From NCBI GenBank assembly GCA_031414595.1, contig JANNVX010000041.1, forward strand, positions 96,001 through 160,000: 64,000 nt of DNA, written 5' to 3'. Source of the DNA: Deinococcales bacterium. Its GTDB lineage: Bacteria > Deinococcota > Deinococci > Deinococcales > JAAFIG01. Below the pieces are notes generated by a model that saw only the letters and a program-made list of their open reading frames with translations, made no database searches and was not told the origin of the DNA. A program made the position numbers and the translations under genes. Shown here piece after piece: positions 49,589 through 57,608 of the stretch; positions within the stretch are counted from its first letter, which is position 1; the number at the start of each line of letters is the position of its first letter.

Positions 49589-51129
49589 TGCGTTTAGGTC
49601 TTTACATTCCTTTTGCGGGTAAACCCGATGTGGCTGCCTCATCTCGAGCCTTAAATGCTGTTAAAGCCATGCGTGAACATCTGCTTGAGGGTATTACTGA
49701 TATTATTCCAAGTTATTTGAATCTTTATTTTGAATTTGATACTCGAGTGACCACCAAAAAAGCTGTGCAGGATTGGGCATTGTCTTTTCTAAACCGTAGG
49801 GGTGGGGCTGTCTTGACCCTAAACACGCACCTGGCGGGCAGGGTCGCTTGCCTCGCCCAACCTAGCCAGTCCATAGAAATTCCAGTCCAGTACAACGGTC
49901 TTGACCTCGAGTTTATCGCCAAAAAAACAGGGTTGACCATCCCAGACATTATCCAAACCCACTCGAGCCATGTCTACCACGCTTTTGCCGTTGGTTTTAC
50001 GCCTGGTTTTCCGTTTCTTGGTGTGTTACCGCCCCCTTTGCATTTGCCGCGTCGAGAAAACCCTCGAGCAAGAGTAGAGGCACATTCGGTGGGGATTGCC
50101 ATGGCGCAAACCGGTGTTTATCCGTTCTCGAGTCCGGGCGGTTGGCATCTGCTCGGTACTTCTGGTGTAGCAATGTTTGACCCGCACCGAGAACCGCCAT
50201 TCTGGGTGCAAGCGGGTGATGCCGTGCGTTTTGTGCCAGTCCAACAAGTACAAATCCCGACCCTCGAGTCAGTATCGTTGTTGCCACTCGAGCCAAAATT
50301 CCCAGTCTTAAAACTCGAGCAGGCGGGTTTGCAGACCTTGTTGCTCGATGCTGGGCGGGTACAGGTCGGTCATCTTGGTTTGGCGCAGTCGGGGGTACTT
50401 GACGCTAGAAGTGCGGCTCGAGCAAATGCCGTTGTGGGCAACGCAGCAGACGCGCCACTGCTCGAGCTAACCCTGCTTGGTGGGGTATTTACGGCACTGC
50501 GTGATGTGGTGCTTGGCTTTGCGGGGTACGGTATGAATCCAATTTTGAATGGTGAAATAATACCCGCCGCCTCGAGTTTTTTATTGCGCCGTGGACAAAC
50601 CCTGTCTTTTAAGCCGAGCAGTACGGGGGTGCGTGGTTATTTGAGTGTCGCGGGTGGTTTTGAGGGCGTACCGATGTGGAATAGTATCAGTTCAGATGCT
50701 CGGGCGAGTTTGGGGCGAGCTTTACAAGCGGGGGATGTGCTTGGGGCAAGGTTGCTTAAATCCGTCCGAGCAGGTTTTTACCTATCACAACCGAGTCTCG
50801 AGCCTAGGGCTTTTCGACTTCTTCAAGGGGCGCAAGCCAATCCCGAGGCTTTTGTAGCCCTGACCAGTGCCAATTTTACGGTTGAAGGCGGCGACCGGAT
50901 GGGTTTGCGTTTATCGGGGGCGTTGCTGGGTGGCGGTGATGTTCCCAGTGAAGCTACCCCGCTTGGTGCGGTACAAATCACATCTGGTGGGCAACCGATT
51001 ATTTTGCTGCATGACCGTGGGCGGATGGGCGGCTACACCAAGCCAGCCGTGGTGCATCCAGCCGATTTATGGCGCTTAGCGCAACTGCGAGATGGTCAGG
51101 GTTTGCGATTCTCGAGATTTTTGCACTGA
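49588..51129 (+). CDS. pxpBC: Fused 5-oxoprolinase subunits B and C (CT_C_D + CT_A_B)
   Basis: IPSY, IEIPV.Y, GFTPGF, SPGGW.L.G; then D.GR, R.G.RL, GAVQ, GGY. Confidence 0.88.
   Translation: MRLGLYIPFAGKPDVAASSRALNAVKAMREHLLEGITDIIPSYLNLYFEFDTRVTTKKAVQDWALSFLNRRGGAVLTLNTHLAGRVACLAQPSQSIEIPVQYNGLDLEFIAKKTGLTIPDIIQTHSSHVYHAFAVGFTPGFPFLGVLPPPLHLPRRENPRARVEAHSVGIAMAQTGVYPFSSPGGWHLLGTSGVAMFDPHREPPFWVQAGDAVRFVPVQQVQIPTLESVSLLPLEPKFPVLKLEQAGLQTLLLDAGRVQVGHLGLAQSGVLDARSAARANAVVGNAADAPLLELTLLGGVFTALRDVVLGFAGYGMNPILNGEIIPAASSFLLRRGQTLSFKPSSTGVRGYLSVAGGFEGVPMWNSISSDARASLGRALQAGDVLGARLLKSVRAGFYLSQPSLEPRAFRLLQGAQANPEAFVALTSANFTVEGGDRMGLRLSGALLGGGDVPSEATPLGAVQITSGGQPIILLHDRGRMGGYTKPAVVHPADLWRLAQLRDGQGLRFSRFLH
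49793..49858 (+). repeat. REP element with structured insert lying in frame inside pxpBC
   Basis: ACCGTAGGGGTGGGGC-TGTCTT-GACCCT-AAACACGCACCTGGCGGGC-AGGGTC-GCTTGCCTCGCCC, 66 bp, homologous to the copies at 46291 and 12964. Confidence 0.8.
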
Positions 51130-51240
51130 GTATAATTTTATTTGCCCATTCGAGCGCCAAAACCTTGTAGAATCTGCCAATTCCCAAAAGTATCCACGCT
51201 CTGTTTTGTGGATACCCTCATGCCTAATCATAGGAGACAT

Positions 51241-51723
51241 ATGGATCCCAAAGACTTAAAAAGAATTTTAGATGCCCTCAAAGACGCAGATGTGTCCGAA
51301 TTTAACCTCGAGACCCCAGAGTACAAAGTTCATGTCAAACGCGGGGCGCAAATTGTTCATGTGGCAGCCCCCGCGCCCATCGTCATGACTGCCCCAACAC
51401 CGATGCACGCTCTACCCGTGGTGGCTGCGCCTGTGGTTAGCGCCGCCCCTGCTGTGGCTGAAGTTGCCCCTGAAAAAGCAGTCATCAACGGTCATCAAGT
51501 CAAAGCCCCGATTGTTGGTACGTTCTACCGCTCGAGCAGCCCAGATGCCCCTGTTTTTGTCCAAGTTGGCGATAAAGTCGAATCTGGTCAAGTGCTGTGC
51601 ATCATCGAAGCCATGAAACTGATGAACGAAATCGAATCCGATAAAGCGGGTGTGGTACGAGAAATCCTCGTCACAAATGCCCAACCTGTTGAATACGGAC
51701 AAGCGTTGTTTGTTATTGAGTAA
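51241..51723 (+). CDS. accB: Biotin carboxyl carrier protein of acetyl-CoA carboxylase
   Basis: EAMKLMN biotinylation motif; AGGAG RBS before ATG 51241. Confidence 0.96.
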   Translation: MDPKDLKRILDALKDADVSEFNLETPEYKVHVKRGAQIVHVAAPAPIVMTAPTPMHALPVVAAPVVSAAPAVAEVAPEKAVINGHQVKAPIVGTFYRSSSPDAPVFVQVGDKVESGQVLCIIEAMKLMNEIESDKAGVVREILVTNAQPVEYGQALFVIE

Positions 51724-51815
51724 AAAAGCGACTAGCTGCTAGTCATAAGCTCGAGAAATGCCTTATCAACTCGAGAAGAAGCTAGAAGCTAAAAGCCAGA
51801 AGCTAGGAGCTTTCT

Positions 51816-53153
51816 ATGTTCAAAAAAATACTAATTGCCAATCGTGGCGAAATTGCTTTGCGGGTCATCCGCACCGCTAAAGAAATGGGGATTAAAACCG
51901 TGCTGGTCTACTCAGAAGCCGATGCAGGCAGCCTGCCCGTACTGCTCGCCGATGAATCGGTTTGTGTTGGACCTCCCGCCTCGAGTGGTTCGTATCTCAA
52001 TATCCCCAATGTCTTGTCGGCAGCCGTGATGACTGGCGCAGAAGCAATTCACCCCGGTTATGGGTTCTTATCCGAAAATCCAGATTTTGCCGAAAAATGC
52101 CGTGACCACGGAATTGTCTTTATTGGACCGACCCCTGAATCCATGCACGCCCTTGGTTCAAAAGCCGGTGGGCGTGAAATCGCGGCGCTTTCTAATGTGC
52201 CAGTTGTGCCGGGGACTGGGGTTCTCGAGTCCACCGAAGAAGCGATTTTACAAGCCGAAAAAATTGGTTATCCAGTGCTGTTAAAAGCCAGTGCTGGCGG
52301 TGGCGGACGCGGACAAAAAATTGTCCGCTCGAGCGAAGAAATGCAGAGTGCCTTCGCACAAGCTGGTCAAGAAGCGCTTTCGTACTTTAGCGATGCCGCC
52401 CTGATTATGGAAAAGTTTATCACCGAATTTCGGCATGTTGAAGTCCAAGTCATGGGTGATGGTACTGGGCATGTGATTCACATTGGCGAACGCGATTGCA
52501 GTATCCAGCGCCGCAACCAAAAGCTGATCGAAGAAGCCCCGAGTACCTTACCAACAGACTTGCGTGACGAAATTTTATCGGCTGGGGTTCGGCTGGCTCA
52601 GCATGTCAAATACAGTGGGGCGGGAACTTTAGAATTTATTGTAGACCCCGAAGACAATTTTTATTTTATGGAAATGAACACCCGAATCCAAGTCGAACAT
52701 TGTGTGTCTGAAGCCATCTCGAGACTGGACTTTGTGCGTTTACAAATTGAAATCGCGGCTGGCGAAGGGCTGCATCTACAGCAATCCGATATTCGGCTCG
52801 AGGGACACGCCATCGAATGCCGCATTAACGCCGAAGACCCCGATAAGGATTTTCGTCCAGCCGCCGGTAAGCTCGAGAGTGTCCATTTTGCGGGTGGTTG
52901 CGGCGTGCGGGTGGATAGCCATGCCTTTAGTGGTTACACCATCCCACCTCATTACGACAGCTTAATTGGTAAATTAATTTGTTGGGCTCCGACTCGAGAG
53001 ATGGCAATTGCCAGAACCAAACGGGCTTTGGATGAAACCGTGATTCAAGGGGTCAAAACCACGATTCCGTTGTACGTGAAAATCATGCAGAATGCTTTTT
53101 ACCAACGCGGCGTGGTGCAAACCAATTTCTTAAAAACCCGAATGGAGATGTAA
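51816..53153 (+). CDS. accC: Biotin carboxylase
   Basis: ANRGEIA, HPGYGFLSEN, ERDCSIQRRNQK, EMNTRIQVEH. Confidence 0.97.
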   Translation: MFKKILIANRGEIALRVIRTAKEMGIKTVLVYSEADAGSLPVLLADESVCVGPPASSGSYLNIPNVLSAAVMTGAEAIHPGYGFLSENPDFAEKCRDHGIVFIGPTPESMHALGSKAGGREIAALSNVPVVPGTGVLESTEEAILQAEKIGYPVLLKASAGGGGRGQKIVRSSEEMQSAFAQAGQEALSYFSDAALIMEKFITEFRHVEVQVMGDGTGHVIHIGERDCSIQRRNQKLIEEAPSTLPTDLRDEILSAGVRLAQHVKYSGAGTLEFIVDPEDNFYFMEMNTRIQVEHCVSEAISRLDFVRLQIEIAAGEGLHLQQSDIRLEGHAIECRINAEDPDKDFRPAAGKLESVHFAGGCGVRVDSHAFSGYTIPPHYDSLIGKLICWAPTREMAIARTKRALDETVIQGVKTTIPLYVKIMQNAFYQRGVVQTNFLKTRMEM

Positions 53154-53171
53154 AGAAGTACAATCGTTTGT

Positions 53172-54317
53172 ATGAGCAGCCCAGCCACTCAAGAAAAACC
53201 GCTTAAAAACCCATCTGACCGAGTGAAAATCCAGACCCTCGAGATTACGGGTTTTCGGGGTATTAAACACGCCCAAATTGAACTAGGCGATGTCAATGTT
53301 TTAATTGGGGCAAATGGCGCAGGGAAAAGCAATATTTTGTCTGCTTTAGGGTTTCTCGAGCGGGTTGCAGATTCTTCTTTTCAACAAGCCATTGGTGAAA
53401 TTGGCGGGTCAAATTTTGTTTTGTACGGTGGTCGAAAAGTGACTACACATGCAAGAATTGCAGTGGATTTTCAAGATTCTATACCATCAAACACGACTGT
53501 TTTTGAGCTTACAATTCGATTTGGCGAAGATGATTTACCTGTCTTAAAAGAGAAACTAAATTCTCAAAAAATAGGAAGAAGCAATTTTTTCGTAAAAGAA
53601 TCAGAATTCTTTAGAACTCCACTTGACCACATTGAGTTCCAAAATTTTACTTTTGCATCTGCAATCAAAAACAACTTAAGCCAAACTCGGGTGTATCACT
53701 TTTCTGACTCGAGTTCGCAGGCAAGAAGTCGTCAGGGTTGTTTAATCAACGACAATCACTATCTAAAGTCTGATGCAGGTAACTTGGCTGCTTTTTTATA
53801 TCGTTTTGCTAAGGTAAAGCCCGAGCGGTTTGGGTCTTTTGAGAATTTAATCAAGCGCATTGTTCCGGGCTTTGGTCGTTTTATGCTCAGCCCAGACCGA
53901 CTCAACGAAACTTTGATTCGGCTCGAGTACCGCGATACTCGTCATGATTTATTATTAACAGCTTCGTATTTATCCGATGGCTCACTGCGTTTTATTGCAT
54001 TGGCGGCATTACTTTATTTTGAACCCCCACCGCTTGTAATTATTGACGAACCAGAACTTGGTTTGCATCCTACAGCCTTGATATTCTTAGCTGAACTGAT
54101 TCAGCAAGCATCTTTTGAGAGTCAAATTTTGGTGGCGACTCAAAACCCAGAGTTCTTAAATCAATTCCAGCCGCATCAGATTTTGGTGGTTGAACAAGAT
54201 GAGCTAACCGAAGAAACAATTGTTAAGCGCTTAGATACAACTGAATTAGAAGGTTGGCTCGAGGATTACAAAATTGGTGATTTGTGGCTACAAAATGTCT
54301 TGGGTGGTAAGCCTTGA
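53172..54317 (+). CDS. ABC/AAA_21-type ATPase
   Basis: Walker A GANGAGKS, signature LSDG, Walker B IIDEPELGLHP, ATQ. Confidence 0.9.
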   Translation: MSSPATQEKPLKNPSDRVKIQTLEITGFRGIKHAQIELGDVNVLIGANGAGKSNILSALGFLERVADSSFQQAIGEIGGSNFVLYGGRKVTTHARIAVDFQDSIPSNTTVFELTIRFGEDDLPVLKEKLNSQKIGRSNFFVKESEFFRTPLDHIEFQNFTFASAIKNNLSQTRVYHFSDSSSQARSRQGCLINDNHYLKSDAGNLAAFLYRFAKVKPERFGSFENLIKRIVPGFGRFMLSPDRLNETLIRLEYRDTRHDLLLTASYLSDGSLRFIALAALLYFEPPPLVIIDEPELGLHPTALIFLAELIQQASFESQILVATQNPEFLNQFQPHQILVVEQDELTEETIVKRLDTTELEGWLEDYKIGDLWLQNVLGGKP

Positions 54318-54958
54318 ATTTGACAATTATCGCTGAGGGACATTGTGAGGAGCAGTTTGTTAAACGCATTTTGCGTCCACATCTTAGGCAATTTGATATT
54401 TTTGCCAAAGCCATTCAAGTACCAACTTCAAAACAACAAAGTGGTGGTGTGACCTCGTTTACTCGGGTCGAGAAAAGTATTCGTCTTGAATTACGGCATG
54501 GTTATGTGAGTACGATGTTTGATTTGTTTGGTTTACACAAATCCTTTCCGAGTTTTGAAACGCAGCCATCCCAACTCGAGTCAAAATTAAAGCACCTTGA
54601 AAAAGCCTTAGCGGATGTTATTGATGATTGGCGATTTATTCCCTATATCCAAGCGCATGAATTCGAGGCATTGCTGTTTAGCGCCCCTGAAGAATTAGAT
54701 TCGGTTTTGTGTCGTGACCACGGGTGTACTTCGCGGCTTGTTGAACTCAAAACGGTTTTATTAAAATTTGATTCTCCTGAACATATCAATGGTGGCACAC
54801 AAACTTCCCCAGCCAAACGGCTGATTAGCTTGTACGAAAAATATCAAAAAGTCAGAAATGGCTTGGAAATTGCCGAACAAATTACTTTACCTGTTATGCG
54901 TCAAAAGTGCTTACATTTTGACGCGTGGATAGGGAAACTCGAGAACCTAAATAATTAA
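54314..54958 (+). CDS. DUF4276 family (TOPRIM-like) protein
   Basis: I.AEG..EE.F, T.FD, PYIQ.HEFEALLF, PE.IN....T.P.KR, C.HF..W; overlaps the ATPase stop codon. Confidence 0.8.
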   Translation: MNLTIIAEGHCEEQFVKRILRPHLRQFDIFAKAIQVPTSKQQSGGVTSFTRVEKSIRLELRHGYVSTMFDLFGLHKSFPSFETQPSQLESKLKHLEKALADVIDDWRFIPYIQAHEFEALLFSAPEELDSVLCRDHGCTSRLVELKTVLLKFDSPEHINGGTQTSPAKRLISLYEKYQKVRNGLEIAEQITLPVMRQKCLHFDAWIGKLENLNN

Positions 54959-55368
54959 GCCTGTGCCAAAGGCGGCTTAGGGGCTTCTTCGCGCATCAGT
55001 TGCCTAAATTCTCGCATTGCACTGGCAAGTAAATCTATTTGTCTGCCCAAAACAGGAAAGACATCTTCAATTTTGCCATAAAAATTCTCGATTGCCACAC
55101 AAACATCGTTTTGCATGATGTAAAACTTAGCGGCTTTGTAGTCGGTGTTGAGTTTCATAATCACTTTGGTGGCACGTTCGGTTTCTTCTTCGCTCTCGAG
55201 TTCCCAAAAGTAAGGCACCATTAAACGAAAAAAAGTTTCGTCTTTTTCGTTGGCAAACAGCACAAAGTTAATCCGTTCGTGCTTGAAAGAAATATCTTGG
55301 TCATTGTCGAGTTCTGGGCGGTAGCCTTGTTCGTTTAGCCATGCCATATAAGTTTCGGTCTTGGTCAT
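54955..55368 (-). CDS. YbjN-like domain protein
   Basis: L.EQGY.P..D.D.DI.FK, N..YK..K.Y pattern. Confidence 0.6.
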   Translation of the reverse strand: MTKTETYMAWLNEQGYRPELDNDQDISFKHERINFVLFANEKDETFFRLMVPYFWELESEEETERATKVIMKLNTDYKAAKFYIMQNDVCVAIENFYGKIEDVFPVLGRQIDLLASAMREFRQLMREEAPKPPLAQA

Positions 55369-55398
55369 AAGTAATAGCATCTCGTGTTTTTGCCTTCT

Positions 55399-55456
55399 CG
55401 TCAACTACCCCGTATGCGCCAAGCGTCAACTACCCCGTATGCGTGAAACGTCAACT
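55399..55456. repeat. Direct repeats CGTCAACTACCCCGTATGCG with a 25-bp period
   Basis: Exact 20-mers at 55399 and 55424, plus CGTCAACT at 55449. Confidence 0.9.
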
Positions 55457-55498
55457 GGCAATTTGGCGCACTGAGTCCAAAACACGGTACAATTTATC

Positions 55499-56398
55499 AT
55501 GATTGTTGTTGTTGGCAGCCTGAACCTTGATTATGTAACTCGAGTCGAACGTCATCCTAAACCGGGTGAAACGGTACTGGGTTCTGACTTAGAGCTTCAT
55601 TCGGGTGGTAAGGGCGCGAATCAGGCGGTGGCGGCGGCTCGAGCCGGGGCGAAAGTGCGGATGGTTGGTTGTCTTGGCTCAGACATGGCGGGCAGTTTGC
55701 TGCGTGGCAATCTTGAACGAGAAGGTGTGGATACCAGCAGTTTACAAACCTTAGAAACCGCGACTGGTTCGGCTTTTATTACGCTCAACAGAGCAGGACA
55801 AAACACGATTGTGGTCTCCCAGGGGGCAAATGGCAAATTGCGACCATCCGACCTGCGGGTTCAAACCTTTAGTGATGCCAAATTGGTCTTAATTCAACTC
55901 GAGATTCCACTCGAGACAGCAGTGGCGGCGGCTAAACTCGGGCGAGTAGCTGGGGCGCGAGTGGTCTTAAACCTTGCACCCGCCCAAGCCCTCGAGCCAA
56001 ATCAATTGCGTGATGTGACTACACTGGTGGTCAATGAAACCGAAGCGGGGGTGCTGCTCGGGCGAGCGCCGCAAAACATCAAAGAAGCACTGCTCGAGGC
56101 ACAAGCCTTGCGTGAACTTGTACCCGAAGCAATTATTACGCTTGGTGTAAATGGCGCAGTCTATGCCAATAGTGCTGGAGAAGGACATGTGCCGAGTTTT
56201 CCAGTCAAAGTCGTGGACAGCACCGCCGCCGGAGATGCCTTTATCGGTGCATTCGCGGCTGCCCTAGTCGAAGATGCCTCACTCGAGGAGGCAGTACGGC
56301 GTGGTGTGGCGGCTGGCGCATTGGCTTGCACCCGAATTGGCGCTCAACCGAGTTTGCCATTTGAATCGGATGTGGACAAGCTCTTAAAAAGTCGTTAG
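55499..56398 (+). CDS. rbsK: Ribokinase
   Basis: GSLNLD, GGKGANQA, NETE, DSTAAGDAF. Confidence 0.93.
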   Translation: MIVVVGSLNLDYVTRVERHPKPGETVLGSDLELHSGGKGANQAVAAARAGAKVRMVGCLGSDMAGSLLRGNLEREGVDTSSLQTLETATGSAFITLNRAGQNTIVVSQGANGKLRPSDLRVQTFSDAKLVLIQLEIPLETAVAAAKLGRVAGARVVLNLAPAQALEPNQLRDVTTLVVNETEAGVLLGRAPQNIKEALLEAQALRELVPEAIITLGVNGAVYANSAGEGHVPSFPVKVVDSTAAGDAFIGAFAAALVEDASLEEAVRRGVAAGALACTRIGAQPSLPFESDVDKLLKSR

Positions 56399-56410
56399 TG
56401 TGTCAGCGAC

Positions 56411-56444
56411 TAGCTTCTAGTCTTTAGCTAAAGACTAGAAGCTA
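56411..56444. repeat. Perfect 34-bp palindrome between convergent genes
   Basis: TAGCTTCTAGTCTTTAG|CTAAAGACTAGAAGCTA. Confidence 0.85.
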
Positions 56445-56446
56445 AT

Positions 56447-57049
56447 TCACCCTCGGTGTTTCTCGAGGAAAATCACTTGAATTAAGGCTAAAGCAATCAG
56501 GCGTTCATCGTTGCCTGTCGCAGCTTCGGCAGTCATTTGTTCTAAGGTAAAGTGACTTTCTAAGATACTGCGTTTTTTGGTGATGCGGTATAAAACTGTG
56601 CCGCTCGAGTCGGTCATTAAATAACGCGGGTTGATAAACATAGCAATCACAAAACCGACGATTGGAATTTCGTCCACCAAGGCATCCAGCACTTTAATCC
56701 ACGGGTTTTCTTCGCGGACAGTCAAAATAGTTTGGTCACTCGAGTCGGCAATATCGTATTGGGTACGCCAAAGACTCCGCATTCCAGCCGCTTTGACTGC
56801 GCCAACAGGGGCATTATCGGCAAGGCGGGTGATTTTATGGACTGCCCGAAAACCAATCACTCTATCAGCCATCATTTTGTAAAGCGCAACTTTTTTGGCT
56901 TCATCGGCAAAGACCGTGGTTTCTTCACGCAGCGTAAAACCCTTTTGTTTGACCTGTAGCATCAGCGCCCCACTCGAGTCACGCACCGTAACTTCAGGAG
57001 AAAGTGCGAGGAGCTTAAAAGTCGCGGTCAGTGGATAATTAATTGCCAT
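56447..57049 (-). CDS. LURP-one/scramblase-like hypothetical protein
   Basis: V.QK.F.LRE...VF.D, G..SLW...Y.I pattern; family assignment tentative. Confidence 0.6.
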   Translation of the reverse strand: MAINYPLTATFKLLALSPEVTVRDSSGALMLQVKQKGFTLREETTVFADEAKKVALYKMMADRVIGFRAVHKITRLADNAPVGAVKAAGMRSLWRTQYDIADSSDQTILTVREENPWIKVLDALVDEIPIVGFVIAMFINPRYLMTDSSGTVLYRITKKRSILESHFTLEQMTAEAATGNDERLIALALIQVIFLEKHRG

Positions 57050-57077
57050 AAGTGCATTCTACCCGTAAACTCGAGAA

Positions 57078-57608
57078 ATGCGAATTGCCTTACTTTCAGA
57101 TACGCACGGATTTATCGATGATGAAATCCTTGAACACTGCCGAGAAGCCGACGAAATCTGGCACGCTGGAGACATGGGTGCTAGGGCTGTGATGACTCAA
57201 CTCGAGACTTTACAAAAACCAATTATTGCTGTCAGTGGAAATGTGGACAATCAGGCACTGCAACTCGAGTACCCCGAAGACCAGCAATTTAGCAAAGAGG
57301 GGGTCAGTGTTTGGATACGCCATATTGTCGGGCATCCAAAACGTTACAACCCAGAAATTCTCGAGGTCTTACGCCAGCCAGCCCAGCGTCCGCAATTACT
57401 GATTTGTGGTCATTCGCACATCCTCGAGATTGCCAGAGATGCTTTTGGGGTGCTGTACATCAATCCCGGGGCAGTTGGACATCATGGGGTACATCAAAAA
57501 CGCACGATGGTACGGTTTAGTCTCGAGAACGGCAAAGTTTTGAATGTTGAAGCGATTGACTTTGGTACTCGAGGACGCAAGGCAAAGAATTCAAATCCAC
57601 AATTTTAA
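57078..57608 (+). CDS. YfcE-like metallophosphoesterase
   Basis: SDTH, HAGD, GNVD, GHSH, NPG. Confidence 0.9.
   Translation: MRIALLSDTHGFIDDEILEHCREADEIWHAGDMGARAVMTQLETLQKPIIAVSGNVDNQALQLEYPEDQQFSKEGVSVWIRHIVGHPKRYNPEILEVLRQPAQRPQLLICGHSHILEIARDAFGVLYINPGAVGHHGVHQKRTMVRFSLENGKVLNVEAIDFGTRGRKAKNSNPQF

Noticed and set aside
51142-51240. Upstream extension of accB
   Set aside because: AGGAG precedes ATG 51241 and the extension has no BCCP similarity
55399-55456. Mini-CRISPR
   Set aside because: Gaps are only 5 bp and the repeat is 20 bp with 2 full copies
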